A stretch of 64,000 nucleotides of DNA from Heptranchias perlo (taxonomy: Eukaryota). Positions 27,665 to 38,999 of this stretch are shown piece by piece. Positions within the stretch are counted from its first letter, which is position 1; each line of letters opens with the position of its first letter. The stretch covers positions 12,462,001 to 12,526,000 of the forward strand of contig NC_090336.1 of assembly GCF_035084215.1 (NCBI RefSeq), read 5' to 3'. Under the pieces are notes generated by a model that was given only the letters and a program-made list of their open reading frames with translations, was not told the DNA's origin and searched no databases. A program made the position numbers and the translations under genes.

Positions 27665-28119
27665 TCTCACCTTCTCCCACTCTCGCTGTTTTGATAATTT
27701 CACTGTCAACCGGAACTGACAGAAAATATCAGCTAGTCACATCCGGCTCCGGAACCGGAACTCTATTCCACCCCATCGCAACAGTCCGTCTGTCATTACT
27801 GTCCCGCACCGCCTACAAACCCTATTCCGGTCCGTCCGCTATTACTGTCGGTCCTGAAAGCAGGGACCGGAGCATTGAAGCTGTCAATTAAACATGACAG
27901 ACTATCGATTAGATTTGCTACCAATAAATAAAACAATTCCTCCTGTTACCACATAATTCATTACCAAACCATTTTTTTGCATATCGATGATAATATTAAT
28001 ATGTTCAATGTATTATTTTTCCTTCATTAAAGCAAAATAATCACATCATAGATCTGAGGTGACAGCCAATGGATCAGGGTCTATTTTTAACGTGAATTCG
28101 GATAAAGGGACAGTGGCAG

Positions 28120-29000
28120 TGTGGATATAAAACTGGCTCAGGGACAGAAAGCAGAGAGTAATGGTGAACGGTTGTTTTTCAGACCAGAGGGAAGTAGACA
28201 GTGGTGTTCCCAGGGGTCAGTATTAGGACACTGCTCTTTTTGATTATATATAATGACCTGGACTTGGGTATAGAGGGTATAATTTTCAAACTTTACAGAT
28301 GACACAAAACTCGGAAATGTAGTAAACAGTGAGGAGGATAGTAACAGACTTCAGGAGGACACAGACAGACTGGTGAAACGGGCAGACACATGGCAGATGA
28401 AATTTAACGCAGAGAAGTGTGAAGTGATACATTTGGTAGGAGACTGAGGAGAGGCAATATAAACTAAATGGTACAATTCTGGGCCCCACATTTTAGGAAG
28501 GATGTCAAGGCCTTAGAGAGGGTGCAGAAGAGATTTACTAGAATGGTGCCAGGGATGAGGGACTTCAGTTATGTGGAGAGACTGGAGAAGCTGGGGTTGT
28601 TCTCCTTGGGGTAGTGAAGGTTAAGAGGAGATTTGATAAAGTTGTTCAAAATCATGGATGGTTTTGATAGAGTAAATAAGGAGAAACTGTTTCCAGTGGC
28701 AGAATGGTTGGTAACTAAAGGATACAGATTTAAGATGATTAGCAAAAGAGCCAGAAGCAACATGAGGAAACATTCTTTTAAACGCAGGACAGTTGAAATG
28801 AGTTGTAATGTCTGAGAGGTTGGTGGAAGCAGATTCAATAATAACTTTCAAAAGGGAATTGGATAAATACTTGAAGGAAAAAAAAAATTTGCAGGGCTAT
28901 GGGGAAAGAGCAGGGGAATGGGACTAATTGGACAGCTCTTTCAAAGAGCCGACACAGGCACGATGGGCCGAATGGCCTCCTGTGCTGTATCATACTTTGA
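28120..29000 (+). mobile_element. CR1 LINE 3' fragment with internal deletion
   Basis: Degenerate VPQGSVLG/DDTKLG/WQMKFNAEKC motifs, ORF2 C-terminus and ggccgaatggcctcc tail. Confidence 0.88.
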
Positions 29001-29137
29001 TGAAAGGGATCACACCAACATTATTCATATTTGAAAATTAATTTCTTTATTTTATTTATAAACTGCAAAGATGAGTGGTATAAAATCAATAACTGAATAA
29101 TACACCACATGACGCAGGCCTGCAACCACTCGCTGCC

Positions 29138-29405
29138 TTTGGAACGATGGGTTACCTCTTTGACAATGTCTTTGGAACGGTGAATTACCTCTTTGACAAT
29201 GTCTTTGGAACGATGGGTTACCTCTTTGACAATGTCTTTGGAACGGTGAGTTACCTCTTTGACAATGTCTTTGGAACGATGGGTTACCTCTTTGACAATG
29301 TCTTTGGAACGGTGAGTTACCTCTTTGACAATGTCTTTGGAACGATGGGTTACCTCTTTGACAATGTCTTTGGAACGATGAGGTACCTCTTTGACAATGT
29401 CTTTG
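29138..29405. repeat. 30-bp minisatellite CTTTGGAACG(AT/GT)G(G/A)GTTACCTCTTTGACAATGT, ~9 units
   Basis: Tandem units directly visible. Confidence 0.97.
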
Positions 29406-30040
29406 CGGGATGTTTAATTTTCCATGTACTCCATCATCCGTCAGTTCTTATATACTTTATCTTTTGCTATTGTTCTTGAATCACCACTGAATGATACAAA
29501 TTCACCGTCAAACACTGGCCCATTGATTATCTCAGTTCAGCTTCTGTTTGTATTGGAGCTAATTATCGTGTACATTCCCTTAGAATGAGATAGCTGAGAA
29601 TAAAAGGGTATTGCCAAACATTAAAGTTACTGGCAAAGCTTTCTGGCTTTGTTTAAATACGTGGCATATTGATATGGTTTGTGAAGTGAAGGCATTGTTG
29701 AATCACAGATAATTCTACGGCATAAATGAAATGGAGATGCCAGATGTCTCGTTCCAAAAGATATTGGCCTAGAAATTGGGCGCGAACCCAGTGGCAACCA
29801 TAAAACTGATAAGCAAGAGGGCCTCGCAAAATTGTTCCTCTTGCGGCATCAGGACGTGGCTGGCATTCTGGGGACACTAGTTGCGGCCCAAGAAGCAGTG
29901 CGGCGTCACGAAGCAAGTGAAGATCAATTGGCGGGGATGCCAGCACCGGACCTACCGTGAATCTGGGGGGGGGGGGGTGTGTGTGTGTGGGGGGGTGTGG
30001 GAGGTGGTCGGGAGGGGATCAGCGGTGGCCGGCCAGTGGC

Positions 30041-30132
30041 CTCACCTGAGGAAGGAGGAAGCCTCCGAAAGCTTGTGATTTTCAAATAAAATTGTTGGAC
30101 TATAACTTGGTGTTGTAAAATTGATTACAATT
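30041..30132 (+). mobile_element. Second Penelope-type terminal repeat fragment
   Basis: cacctgaggaaggaggaagcctccgaaagcttgtg...aataaaattgttggactataacttggtgttgtaaaa; other copies at 38858-38986(-) and 58264-58452. Confidence 0.75.
30042..30078 (+). ncRNA. Minimal hammerhead ribozyme motif (PLE-associated)
   Basis: TCAC-CTGAGGA-A-GGAGG(AAG)CCTCC-GAAA-GCTT-GTGA: stem I, core, stem II and palindromic AGCT stem III. Confidence 0.65.
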
Positions 30133-30139
30133 CCCATTT

Positions 30140-30485
30140 TTTCGATCAGCTAGTGCTGGTAATGGTTCTGCTGCTGCCATTTACAGCTACTCCTGATCAA
30201 TCTTTTGTTTCTTTACTTGTCCCATTACCACCTTCCCTGCCTTGCACCATCATCCCTTTTGTCATTTAATCACTCGTGCCCTCCACCCTATCACAGACCT
30301 TCCCTTTTGTTTTTTCCTCCCCCTCCCCCCACCTTTCCCTGACTCTGTACTTGCTTAAAAACTTTAACTCTTTAACATTTTCCAGTTCTGACGAAAGGTC
30401 TTCGACCTGAAACGTTAACTCTGTTTCTTTCTCCACAGAAGCTGCCTCACTTGCTGAGCTTTTCCAGCATTTTCTGTTTTTATTA
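30140..30485 (+). mobile_element. Penelope-like 3' fragment (same family as the 63.3-64 kb copy)
   Basis: Matches the reverse complement of ~63300-63640; intact hammerhead core at 30384-30420. Confidence 0.8.
30384..30420 (+). ncRNA. Minimal hammerhead ribozyme motif (PLE-associated)
   Basis: AGTT-CTGACGA-A-AGGTC(TTC)GACCT-GAAA-CGTT-AACT: stem I, core, stem II and palindromic ACGT stem III. Confidence 0.7.
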
Positions 30486-30598
30486 CCTTCATAGTCTCTT
30501 GATGACCTGGTGTGATCTTGTGGCCTGTGGCCCCTTTATCTCATCAATGGTTTTTGCACATCAAGCTTTTGGCTTGTAAAAACTTTACAAGCCAAAAG

Positions 30599-30696
30599 AA
30601 GGTGGCTCACCACTACCTTCTCAAGGGCAATTAGAGATGGGCAATAAATGCCGGCCTCGCCAGCGACGCCCACATCCCATGAACGAATAAAAAAAA
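30599..30696 (+). mobile_element. Extremely 5'-truncated tail of the same LINE family
   Basis: aaggtggctcaccactaccttctcaagggc...atgaacgaataaaaaaaa closely matches 34571-34667. Confidence 0.88.
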
Positions 30697-31844
30697 CATC
30701 AAAATCCTGTTACAGGACTTCTGGTAGTTTCTGTTTGCTGTTTTTAACTTGATTGTTCAAATGTACGTTGAAAAGCTATCTACCAGTTTCTGCCCCTCCA
30801 TTGTTCCCACTAGTCTCTGGTATTAACACATCTACGAAGAAAATGAGATCCTTTCCACATGTTATGTGGATTAGGGCCGAGTTGTCTGCCTTCATCGTCG
30901 CGGCTAAGTTCCAATGTTTTTACAAGCCAAAAGCTTGTTCTGCAGGTTTAAGGGACAAAGTTAACCCTTTCCCTGAATGTCGAACATTCCGAATTCACAA
31001 TATCAAAAGGGGTTTTAACTCTTGTCTTACAGTGTATTTAGTGTACAGACATTCGAGAATGACCAACTCCATGGTGCAAATAGGCTCTCAAATCTCACAA
31101 TGTGAGAAATAGTTGATCAGAAATTCCAGTATGTAACCTAATCTAGTTGAAGAGGATCAGATTAATCTTTTTCTAAGATATTTACGTTGGAAGGTCGGAT
31201 TGGGATTTACCACTCGTGTCTATGGTTTTATAAGATGCCTTCCCTAGAAAACCTTTGGACTGTCCCAAATGTCTCGTTCCAAAAGATATTGGCCTAGAAG
31301 TTGGGCGCGAACCCAGTGGCAACCATAAAACTGATAAGCAAGAGGGCCTCGCAAAATTGTTCCTCTTGCGGCATCAGGACGTGGCTGGCATTCTGGGGAC
31401 ACTAGTTGCAGCCCAAGGAGCAGTGCGGCGTCACGAAGCAAGTGAAGATCAATTGGCGGGGATACCAGCACCGGACCTACCGTGAATCGGGGGGGAGGGG
31501 GGGTGTGGGAGGTGGTCGGGAGGGGATCAGCGGTGGCCGGCCAGTGGCCAGTAGTTTTAATGTGGAGCTAGGAGGGGGCCTCCTTATCTATTTACCTTTT
31601 TTGGTGGCAGCCTCAATCGGTCCACTTAAAAAACCACTGGTTTGGCTGCCTGAGAAAACTGACCACAATATGCACAGCGCAGGGTCTGATCGATCACAAT
31701 CCAACATCAGATGGGGGCCTGAAACAGGCGTCATGCCCCCAATTTCCAGAGGCAATGATTCTCACACCTGTTTCAGGCGTGAGACCCATTCAGGCAGGCA
31801 CTGTGAACGATTACAATGCGCCCTAACTAATACGGCTGGCATGC

Positions 31845-34667
31845 CCAGTCGACCCTGCAAAGTCCTCCTCACCAACATCTGGGGACATAGCCATATTCAC
31901 AGAATCATACCTTTCAGCCAACGTCCTAGACTCTTCCATCACCATCCCTGGGTATGACCTGTCCCACCGGCAAGACAGACCCACCAGAGGTGGCAGTACA
32001 GTGATATACAGCCTGGAGGAGTGGCCCTGGGAGTCCTCAACATTGACTCTGGACCCCATGAATTCTCATGGCATCAGGTCAAACATGGGCAAGGAAACTT
32101 CCTGCTGATTACCACCTACCGCCCTCCCTCAGCTGATGAATCAGTCCTCCTCCATGTTGAACACCATTTGGAGGAAGCACTGAGGGTAGCAAGGGCACAG
32201 AATGTACTCTGGGTGTGGGACTTCAATGTCTATCACTAAGAGTGGCTCGGTAGCACCACTACTGACCGAGGCTGGCCGAGTCCTGAAGGACATAGCTGCC
32301 AGACTGGGCTTGTGGCAGGTGGTGAGCGAACTAACATGAGGGAAAAACTTACTTGACCTCGTCCTCACCAATCTACCTGTCTCAAATGCATCTGTCCATG
32401 ACAGTATTGGTAGGAGTGACCACCGCACAGTCCTCGTGGAGATGAAGTCCTGTCTTCGCACTGAGGACACCATCCAATGTGTTGTGTGGCACTATCACCG
32501 TGCTAAATGGGATAGATTCAGAACAGATCTAGCAGCTCAAAACTGGGCATCCATGAGGCGCTGTGGGCCATCAGCAGCAGCAGATTTGAATTCCAGCACA
32601 ATCTGTAACCTCATGGCCCGGCATATTCCTCACTATACCATTACCAACAAGCCAGGGGATCAACCCTGGTTCAATGAGGAGTGTAGAAGAGCATGCCAGG
32701 AGCAGCACCAGGCGTACCTAAAAATGAGGTGCCAACCTGGTGAAGCTACAACTTAGGACTACATGCATGCTAAACAGCGGAAGCAACATGCTATAGACAG
32801 AGCTAAGCGATTCCACAACCAACGGATCAGATCAAAGCTCTGCAGTCCTGCCACATCCAGTCGTGAATGGTGGTGGACAATTAAACAACTAACGGGAGGA
32901 GGAGGCTCTTTAAACATCCCCATCCACAATGATGGCGGGAGTCCAGCACGTGAGTGCAAAAGACAAGGCTGAAGCGTTTGCAACCATCTTCAGCCAGAAA
33001 TGCCGAGTGGATAATCCATCTCAGCCTCCTCCCCACTGTCACAGAAGCCAGTCTTCAGCCAATTCGATTCACTCCACGTGATATCAAGAAACGGCTGAGT
33101 GCACTGGATACAGCAAAGGCTGTGGGCCCCGACAACATCCCGGCTGTAGTCCTGAAGACATGTGCTCCAGAACTAGCTGTGCCTCTAGCCAAGCTGTTTC
33201 AGTACAGCTACAACACTTGCATCTACCCGACAATTTGGATAATTGCCCAGGTATGTCCTGTCCACAAAAGCAGGACAAATCCATCGGCCAATTACCGCCC
33301 CATCAGTCTACTCTCAATCATCAGCAAAGTGATGGAAGGTGTCGTCGACAGTGCTATCAAGCGGCACTTACTCACCAATAACCTGCTCACCGATGATCAG
33401 TTTGGGTTCCGCCAGGACCACTCGGCTCCCAACCTCATTACAGCCTTGGTCCAAACATGGACAAAAGAGCTGAATTCCAGAGGTGAGGTGAGAGTGACAG
33501 CCCTTGACATCAAGGCAGCATTTGACTGAGTGTGGCACCAAGGAGCCCGAGTAAAATTGAAGTCAATGGAATCAGGGGGAAAACTCTCCAGTGACTGGAG
33601 TCATACCTAGCACAAAGGAAGATGGTAGTGGTTGTTGGAGGCCAATCATCTCAGCCCCAGGACATTGCTGCAGGAGTTCCTCAGGGCAGTGTCCTAGGCC
33701 CAACCATCTTCAGCTGCTTCATCAATGGCCTTCCCTCCATCATAAGGTCAGAAATGGGGATGTTCGCTGATGATTGCACAATGTTCAGTTCCATCTGCAA
33801 CCCCTCAGATAATAAAGCAGTCCGAGCCCGCATGCAGCAAGACCTGGACAACATCCAGGCTTGGGCTCATAAGTGGCAAGTAACATTCGCGCCAGACAAG
33901 TGCCAGACAATGATCATCTCCAACAAGAGAGAGTCTAACCACCTCCCCTTGACATTCAACGGCATCACCATCGCCGAATCCCCCACCATCAACATCCTGG
34001 GGGGTCACCGTTGACCAGAATCTTAACTGAACCAGCCATATAAATACTGCGGCTACAAGAGCAGGTCAGAGGCTGGGTATTCTGCTGCGAGTGACTCACC
34101 TCCTGACTCCCCAAAGCCTTTCCACCATCTACAAGGCACAAGTCAGGAGTGTGATGGAATACTCTCCACTTGCCTGGATGAGTGCAGCTCCAACAACACT
34201 CAAGAAGCTCGATACCATCCAGGGCAAAGCAGCCCGCTTGATTGGCACCCCATCCACCACCCTAAACATTCACTCCCTTCACCACCGGCACACAGTGGCT
34301 GCAGTGTGTACCATCCACAGGATGCACTGCAGCAACTCGCCAAGGCTTCTTCGACAGCACCTCCCAAACCCGCGACCTCTACCACCTAGAAGGACAAGGG
34401 CAGCAGGCACATGGGAACAACACCACCTGCACGTTCCCCTCCAAGTCACACACCATCCCGACTTGGAAATATATCGCTGTTCCTTCATCGTCGCAGGGTC
34501 AAAATCCTGGAACTCCCTTCCTAACAGCACTGTGGGAGAACCTTCACCACATGGACTGCAGCGGTTCAAGAAGGCGGCTCACCACCACCTTCTCAAGGGC
34601 AATTAGGGATGGGCAATAAATGCTGGCCTCGCCAGTGGCGCCCACATCCCATGAACGAATAAAAAAA
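31845..34667 (+). mobile_element. Near-complete decayed CR1-clade LINE ORF2 (APE endonuclease + RT) with poly(A) tail
   Basis: YRPPS, DFNV, GPDNIPAVVLK, YRPISLLS, QFGFR, LDIKAAFD, GVPQGSVLGP and FADD motifs, with frameshifts and stops; tail ...cccatgaacgaataaaaaaa. Confidence 0.95.
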
Positions 34668-34954
34668 TGATGCATTAACTAGCAGTACTTTATTTAACAA
34701 AATCCACAATGCTACAACTAATACCATCACAAACGTAGGACATTGATGATTGCAGCAAAAGTATAGGGATAACAGAATCTAAATCATCATAAGCAGAATG
34801 GTAAATTTAAGGATATCACAATGTTGCAGCTGTGGCTGGGTTTTGCTTGGTTACAATTATGTTCAATGACCCAACATTACAGTATTAACGTAGTGACACT
34901 ACGTTTGCAGCCTGTATTCACATTTACAGTCTTATGGCTGTCACCTACACGTTT

Positions 34955-37485
34955 TTTTCATTCATCTCAGGATGTGAGCGTCGCTGGCAAGGCCGGTATT
35001 TATCGTTCAGCCCTCGTTGCCTTGGATACAACTGAGAGGCTTTGCTCGGCCACTTCGGAGGGCAGCTGACGGTCAACCACATCGGAATGTGGGACTGGAG
35101 TCACATGTAGGCCAGGCCAGGCGAGTATGGCAGGTTTCCTTCCCTAAAAGACATTAGTGACCCAAGTAGGTTTTTACAACAATCTGACAGTTTCATGGTC
35201 ACTTTTACTGATACCAGCTTTTTACTTCCAGATTTTTTAAAAAGTGAATTCAAATTCTCAAATTGCCATTGTGGGTTTTGAATTCACATTCTCCGGATTA
35301 TTGGTCCAGGCCTCTCCGCCTCTCTCCTCCTTTAAGACACTCCTTAAAACCTTAAAACTCTTTGGGCTCGATATTAGCACCCGCTATCGGGTGCGTTCCT
35401 GGCAGGGGGGGGGGGCTCTGAAAATCGGGGAATCCCGGAGCGGGTCGGGAGCCCAGCTCCAACCCGCCCACTTCCGGGTTCCCCACGGACGCGCTGACAT
35501 GCGCGCGCAGCCCCCGCATGTGGGACTCCCGCAGACAATTAAAGACAGCGGGGTGCCACTTAACAATATTTATTCTGCTATTTCAGGTCGTTAACAGACC
35601 TGATTAAGGGAATATTTCAGGAGGGGTGCGATTTTAGAAACAACTGGGACTGTTTCCCGTACTGGGGGAAACACTCCCAGTTCAAATGGACATGTTGCAG
35701 CTATAGCCTGTGGCAGCTGCAAAGGTCCATTTGACAGGTCGGGGGGGAGACCCTCACTCATTGCCGGAGGCCACTCTGTCACTTTGGACAAAGTTTGGCC
35801 TCCACCACCCTCCTCCTAACAATCAAATTCACCAACTTGCACACTTACCCCGGGGTCCAGACACATGTACCTACCTTGCGGACCCCCTCAGTTGTACATC
35901 TTCAGGATGGGGGCCGCCGTAGCTGCAGTCATGACCTCCTCGGAGGGCGAACAGCATCACCAGCCTCGCCAGCCACGCCGTCCACCTCTGACACGTGGAG
36001 CTCCACAACACAGTGCTGTGACACATCCACCTGCACAGCAGGAGGGAGGGCAACCGCAGAGAGAGATGCGTCGCAGAGGGCACTACCCTCGCCACAGGGT
36101 CCACAGACCGAGGCTCAGCTTCCTGGACCTCTCTGAGCAGCAGTGCACACGGAGGCTCAGAGTCACTCGACGTGTATCCGTGGACATCTGCAGCCTCCTT
36201 CATGCCGAGCTGCTCCCGGCTGGCCCGAGCACCATCTTCTTACCTGTCGCTGTCAAGATCACCACTGCCCTCAACAACTTCTCCTCCGCATCCTTCCAGG
36301 GGGCCACCGGGGACATCGCTGACGTCTCTCAGTCGTCTGCAAAAAAGAGCCCTGCAAATACACCTACACCCACTCTGCAGTGACACAATGGGTGGCATCA
36401 GTTGTGGGTCTTCATTGTGATCCTCAGGAAAGGGCATTATTGCACAAACCAGACAAGATTCACAAAGACATGGCAGTAGTGGTGCCAATATAATATGTAA
36501 TGTGAGTTGCTCAGAAATTAAATATAAGTAAAAACCATGACAAACCCTCAAACACCCTTGTGCATCCCCTTCATGCTCACAACACGTTTGCCTTACGCTG
36601 CCTACTGCACAAATGTGATGCATGCCCTGTGGTTGCAGCACAGGTAGTGGCAGGTTTAGTGAGGCTGACCGTGAAAGAGATGCATGAGAGGGTGAATACG
36701 AGATAGAGCCATGAGATTGTATGAGGATTGGGTTGAGTGGTAGTGGCGGGATGAGTACTGGCGAGGTGAGTAAGTGCAGGTAAGATGAGGATGAGCTTTG
36801 AGTGGGTGTGAGGGGTGATGTGACAGAGTAGTGTTGGCAATGCAGAAGGAGATGTGGGGTGGGGGCGGTGATGTGGCAGACAGAGTGTAGGAGAATGAGT
36901 AAGTGTACTCACTTTGGCTGACCTACTTAGGTGATTGCAGCACCTCCTGCACTGTATGCAGGTGGGCGATATGTTGGTGGTGCAGGTGACCTCCTCTGCC
37001 ACCTCGAGCCAGGCCTTCCTGGTGGCAGAGGCAGGCCGCTTCCTCCCGCCCGCCAGGGGGGAAGATCTCTGTCCTCCCCCTCCTCCTCACCCCATCCAAT
37101 GATACCTGGAGCGAGGCATCATTAACCTGGGAGAAGCCTTCCCCCTGGGCTGCTCCATGCTGTAATTTTTCTATTTGTTGCAGCATCTGTCAGTGGAGGA
37201 CTGCCCCTTTTAAATAGAGCTCCTCCAGCTGACAGACCTTACTGCGCATGCGCAGCCCGCCCGACAAGCAGGTCAGCAGCGGGGAACCCGGAACAACAGG
37301 TAAGTGGATCCAATTAGGCTGCGATCGCGCTCGGGGCAGACTGATTTCACCGGGCGTGTCCTTCTTTGGCTCAGTATCAATTTATGTCAGATTGCGCTCC
37401 TGTGAAGCACCTTGGGATGTTTTACTATGTTAAAAATGCTACATAATGCAAGTTGCTGTTGGATGACTAGTCCAGTAACGTATGA
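34955..37485 (-). mobile_element. Same tRNA-headed SINE (-), split: 34955-35315 plus head remnant 37461-37485
   Basis: Reverse complement of the 62.1 kb SINE; breaks at ...tccaggcctct (35315) and resumes ggatgactagtccagtaac (37461). Confidence 0.75.
35364..37355 (+). mobile_element. Decayed PIF/Harbinger DNA transposon: transposase N-terminal part (+) and Myb/SANT-like ORF (-)
   Basis: 35865-36383(+): RRRGHYPRHRVHRPRLSFLDLSEQQCTRRLRV...LPVAVKITTALNNFSSASFQGATGDIADVSQSS resembles HARBI-type transposase. The ~36910-37160(-) frameshifted AWLEVAEEV...TCIQCRR is Myb/SANT-like. Left end GGGCTCGATATT; no right TIR found. Confidence 0.85.
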
Positions 37486-38049
37486 TCATACAATTTGTCC
37501 TTTGTAGTAGACAGCTGTGGCATTGGCCAGTTCAGCCTTCCTCTGGGATGTTCGTGCTGCACCTTGAGGAATGGATGCAGTCACCCCTCGTGGTCATTGT
37601 CCTCCTCCTTCTGTTGTCTTTTTCCCTTGCATGTACTATAATTCGCTATTGCTGTTATGCAGCACTTTCTCCCTATGCTCAGAAACAATTAATTGTTGCG
37701 ATACACTTTACATATCATAGCTGACCCCCGCCCCCATCACCTGATGTCCGCACACTTGGGCTCGTGCACTGGAGCTATCGGCAATCCGCGCTGACAGCGT
37801 TTGCCAGGTCGATGCTGGCAAGAAATCAGAAGGCGTGGTAGACCTTCCCGTCACTCCGAGCTTGGCCCCAGGATGTGCCGCAGCAGAGCCTCTCGGTGCA
37901 CACGCTGGCCTTCTGCACAAGTCCTTGAGTGGCCCAGGCAGCCTCCGCACTGGCAATAAACAGACTGATCCATTTTCACTGATAATATAAAGTAGAAGCA
38001 CAGAGCGGGCATCGCAAAGAGAGTGGATCATGAACCAAATGGGAACTGG

Positions 38050-38857
38050 AGAATTTGGTGAGAGTGGGAATTAGGTGTAGAGGGGGAAGGAGGTGCTAAA
38101 TTTTTTTTAAAAGGCAAAAAATAAATAAAACGGACTAAAAAGTAATTATCTATAAATAAATATAGGCTAAGATATGAAAGAGCAGGTTGTGTGTCTGGAC
38201 TGTAGTATGTGGGAGTTTGTGGACAGCGAGAATGTCCCAAGCAAACACATCTACAGCAGATGTCTCCGCCTTAAATCTCTCCAGCTCAGAGTCATTGAGC
38301 TGGAGTGCAGGTTGGAGACACTCCAACAAATAAGGGAGGGGGAGGATCCAGTCGTTGTGGTCCATGTTGGGACCAACAACATAGGAAAGAGTAGGCAAGA
38401 GGTCCTGTTCAGAGAGTACCAGGAGCTAGGAGCTAAATTAAAAAAAAAAAGACCTCAAGGGTTATAATCTCTGGATTATTACCCGAGCCACGTGCAAATT
38501 GGCATAAGGATAAGCAAGTTAGGGATGTGAGCATGTGGTGTGGGAAACAGGGGTTCCATTTCATGGGACACTGGCACCAGTACTGGGACAGGAAGGAACT
38601 GTACCTTGGGACAGGCTCCACCTGAACCGGGCAGGGACAAACGCACGGAGTATAAGGAACAAATTGAATGAATTAGAGGGTATGACATGGTAACCATTAC
38701 TGAGAAATGGCTGCAAGATGGTCAGGATTGGGAACTGAATATACCAGGTTATAAGGTCTACAGGAATGATAGGGAAACTGGTAAAGAGGGAGGAGCAGCC
38801 TCAGTGATTAAGGATGAAATTACTTCAATGATAAGAGAAGACATAACAAGAGGTATA
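38050..38857 (+). mobile_element. CR1-type LINE 5' portion: ORF1 (CxxC/leucine zipper + SGNH-esterase-like) and start of the ORF2 endonuclease
   Basis: QVVCLDCSMWEF...LQLRVIELECRL; VVVHVGTNNIGK; ITEKWLQDGQDWELNIPGYKVYRNDR..GG. Frameshifted and deleted. Confidence 0.8.
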
Positions 38858-38986
38858 CATGATGTGGAGATGCCGGTGATGGACTGGGGTTGACAGTTGT
38901 AAACAATTTTACAACACCAAGTTATAGTCCAGCAATTTTATTTGAAATTCACAAGCTGTCGGAGGCTTCCTCCTTCCTCAGGTGAA
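38858..38986 (-). mobile_element. Second-family Penelope-type terminal fragment
   Basis: Reverse complement of the 30041 element plus catgatgtggagatgccggtgatggactgggg end; core GAAA changed to GACA. Confidence 0.75.
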
Positions 38987-38999
38987 GGGGGGAAAGGGG

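Larger units (their letters stand above)
27250..27875 (-). promoter_or_regulatory. ARHGAP1: ARHGAP1 CpG-rich promoter / non-coding first exon region (interrupted by gap)
   Basis: CpG-rich, with several ETS-like CCGGAA/TTCCGG cores at ~27710-27830. Candidate minus-strand donors gtgagt (~27253-27258) and gtgaga (27665-27670). Confidence 0.6.
29744..31548 (+). repeat. Local ~290-bp direct duplication (29744-30040 and 31269-31548)
   Basis: Both copies run atgtctcgttccaaaagatattggcctagaa...cggtggccggccagtggc with few differences. Confidence 0.92.

Noticed and set aside
26921-27719. Gly/Arg/Pro-rich ORFs spanning the gap
   Set aside because: Composed of L2 tail, G-runs, GC minisatellite and Ns.
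29138-29405. CRISPR-like periodicity (also 47981-48164 and 58728-59090)
   Set aside because: Contiguous tandem units with no unique spacers; eukaryotic context, no cas genes.
35865-36383. Possible domesticated HARBI1 gene (human HARBI1 lies near ARHGAP1) or a RAG-like transposase
   Set aside because: Truncated before the DDE core, paired with a frameshifted Myb ORF, starts with a TIR-like end and is nested in an L2 tail. It is a transposon relic with no RAG/Transib motifs.
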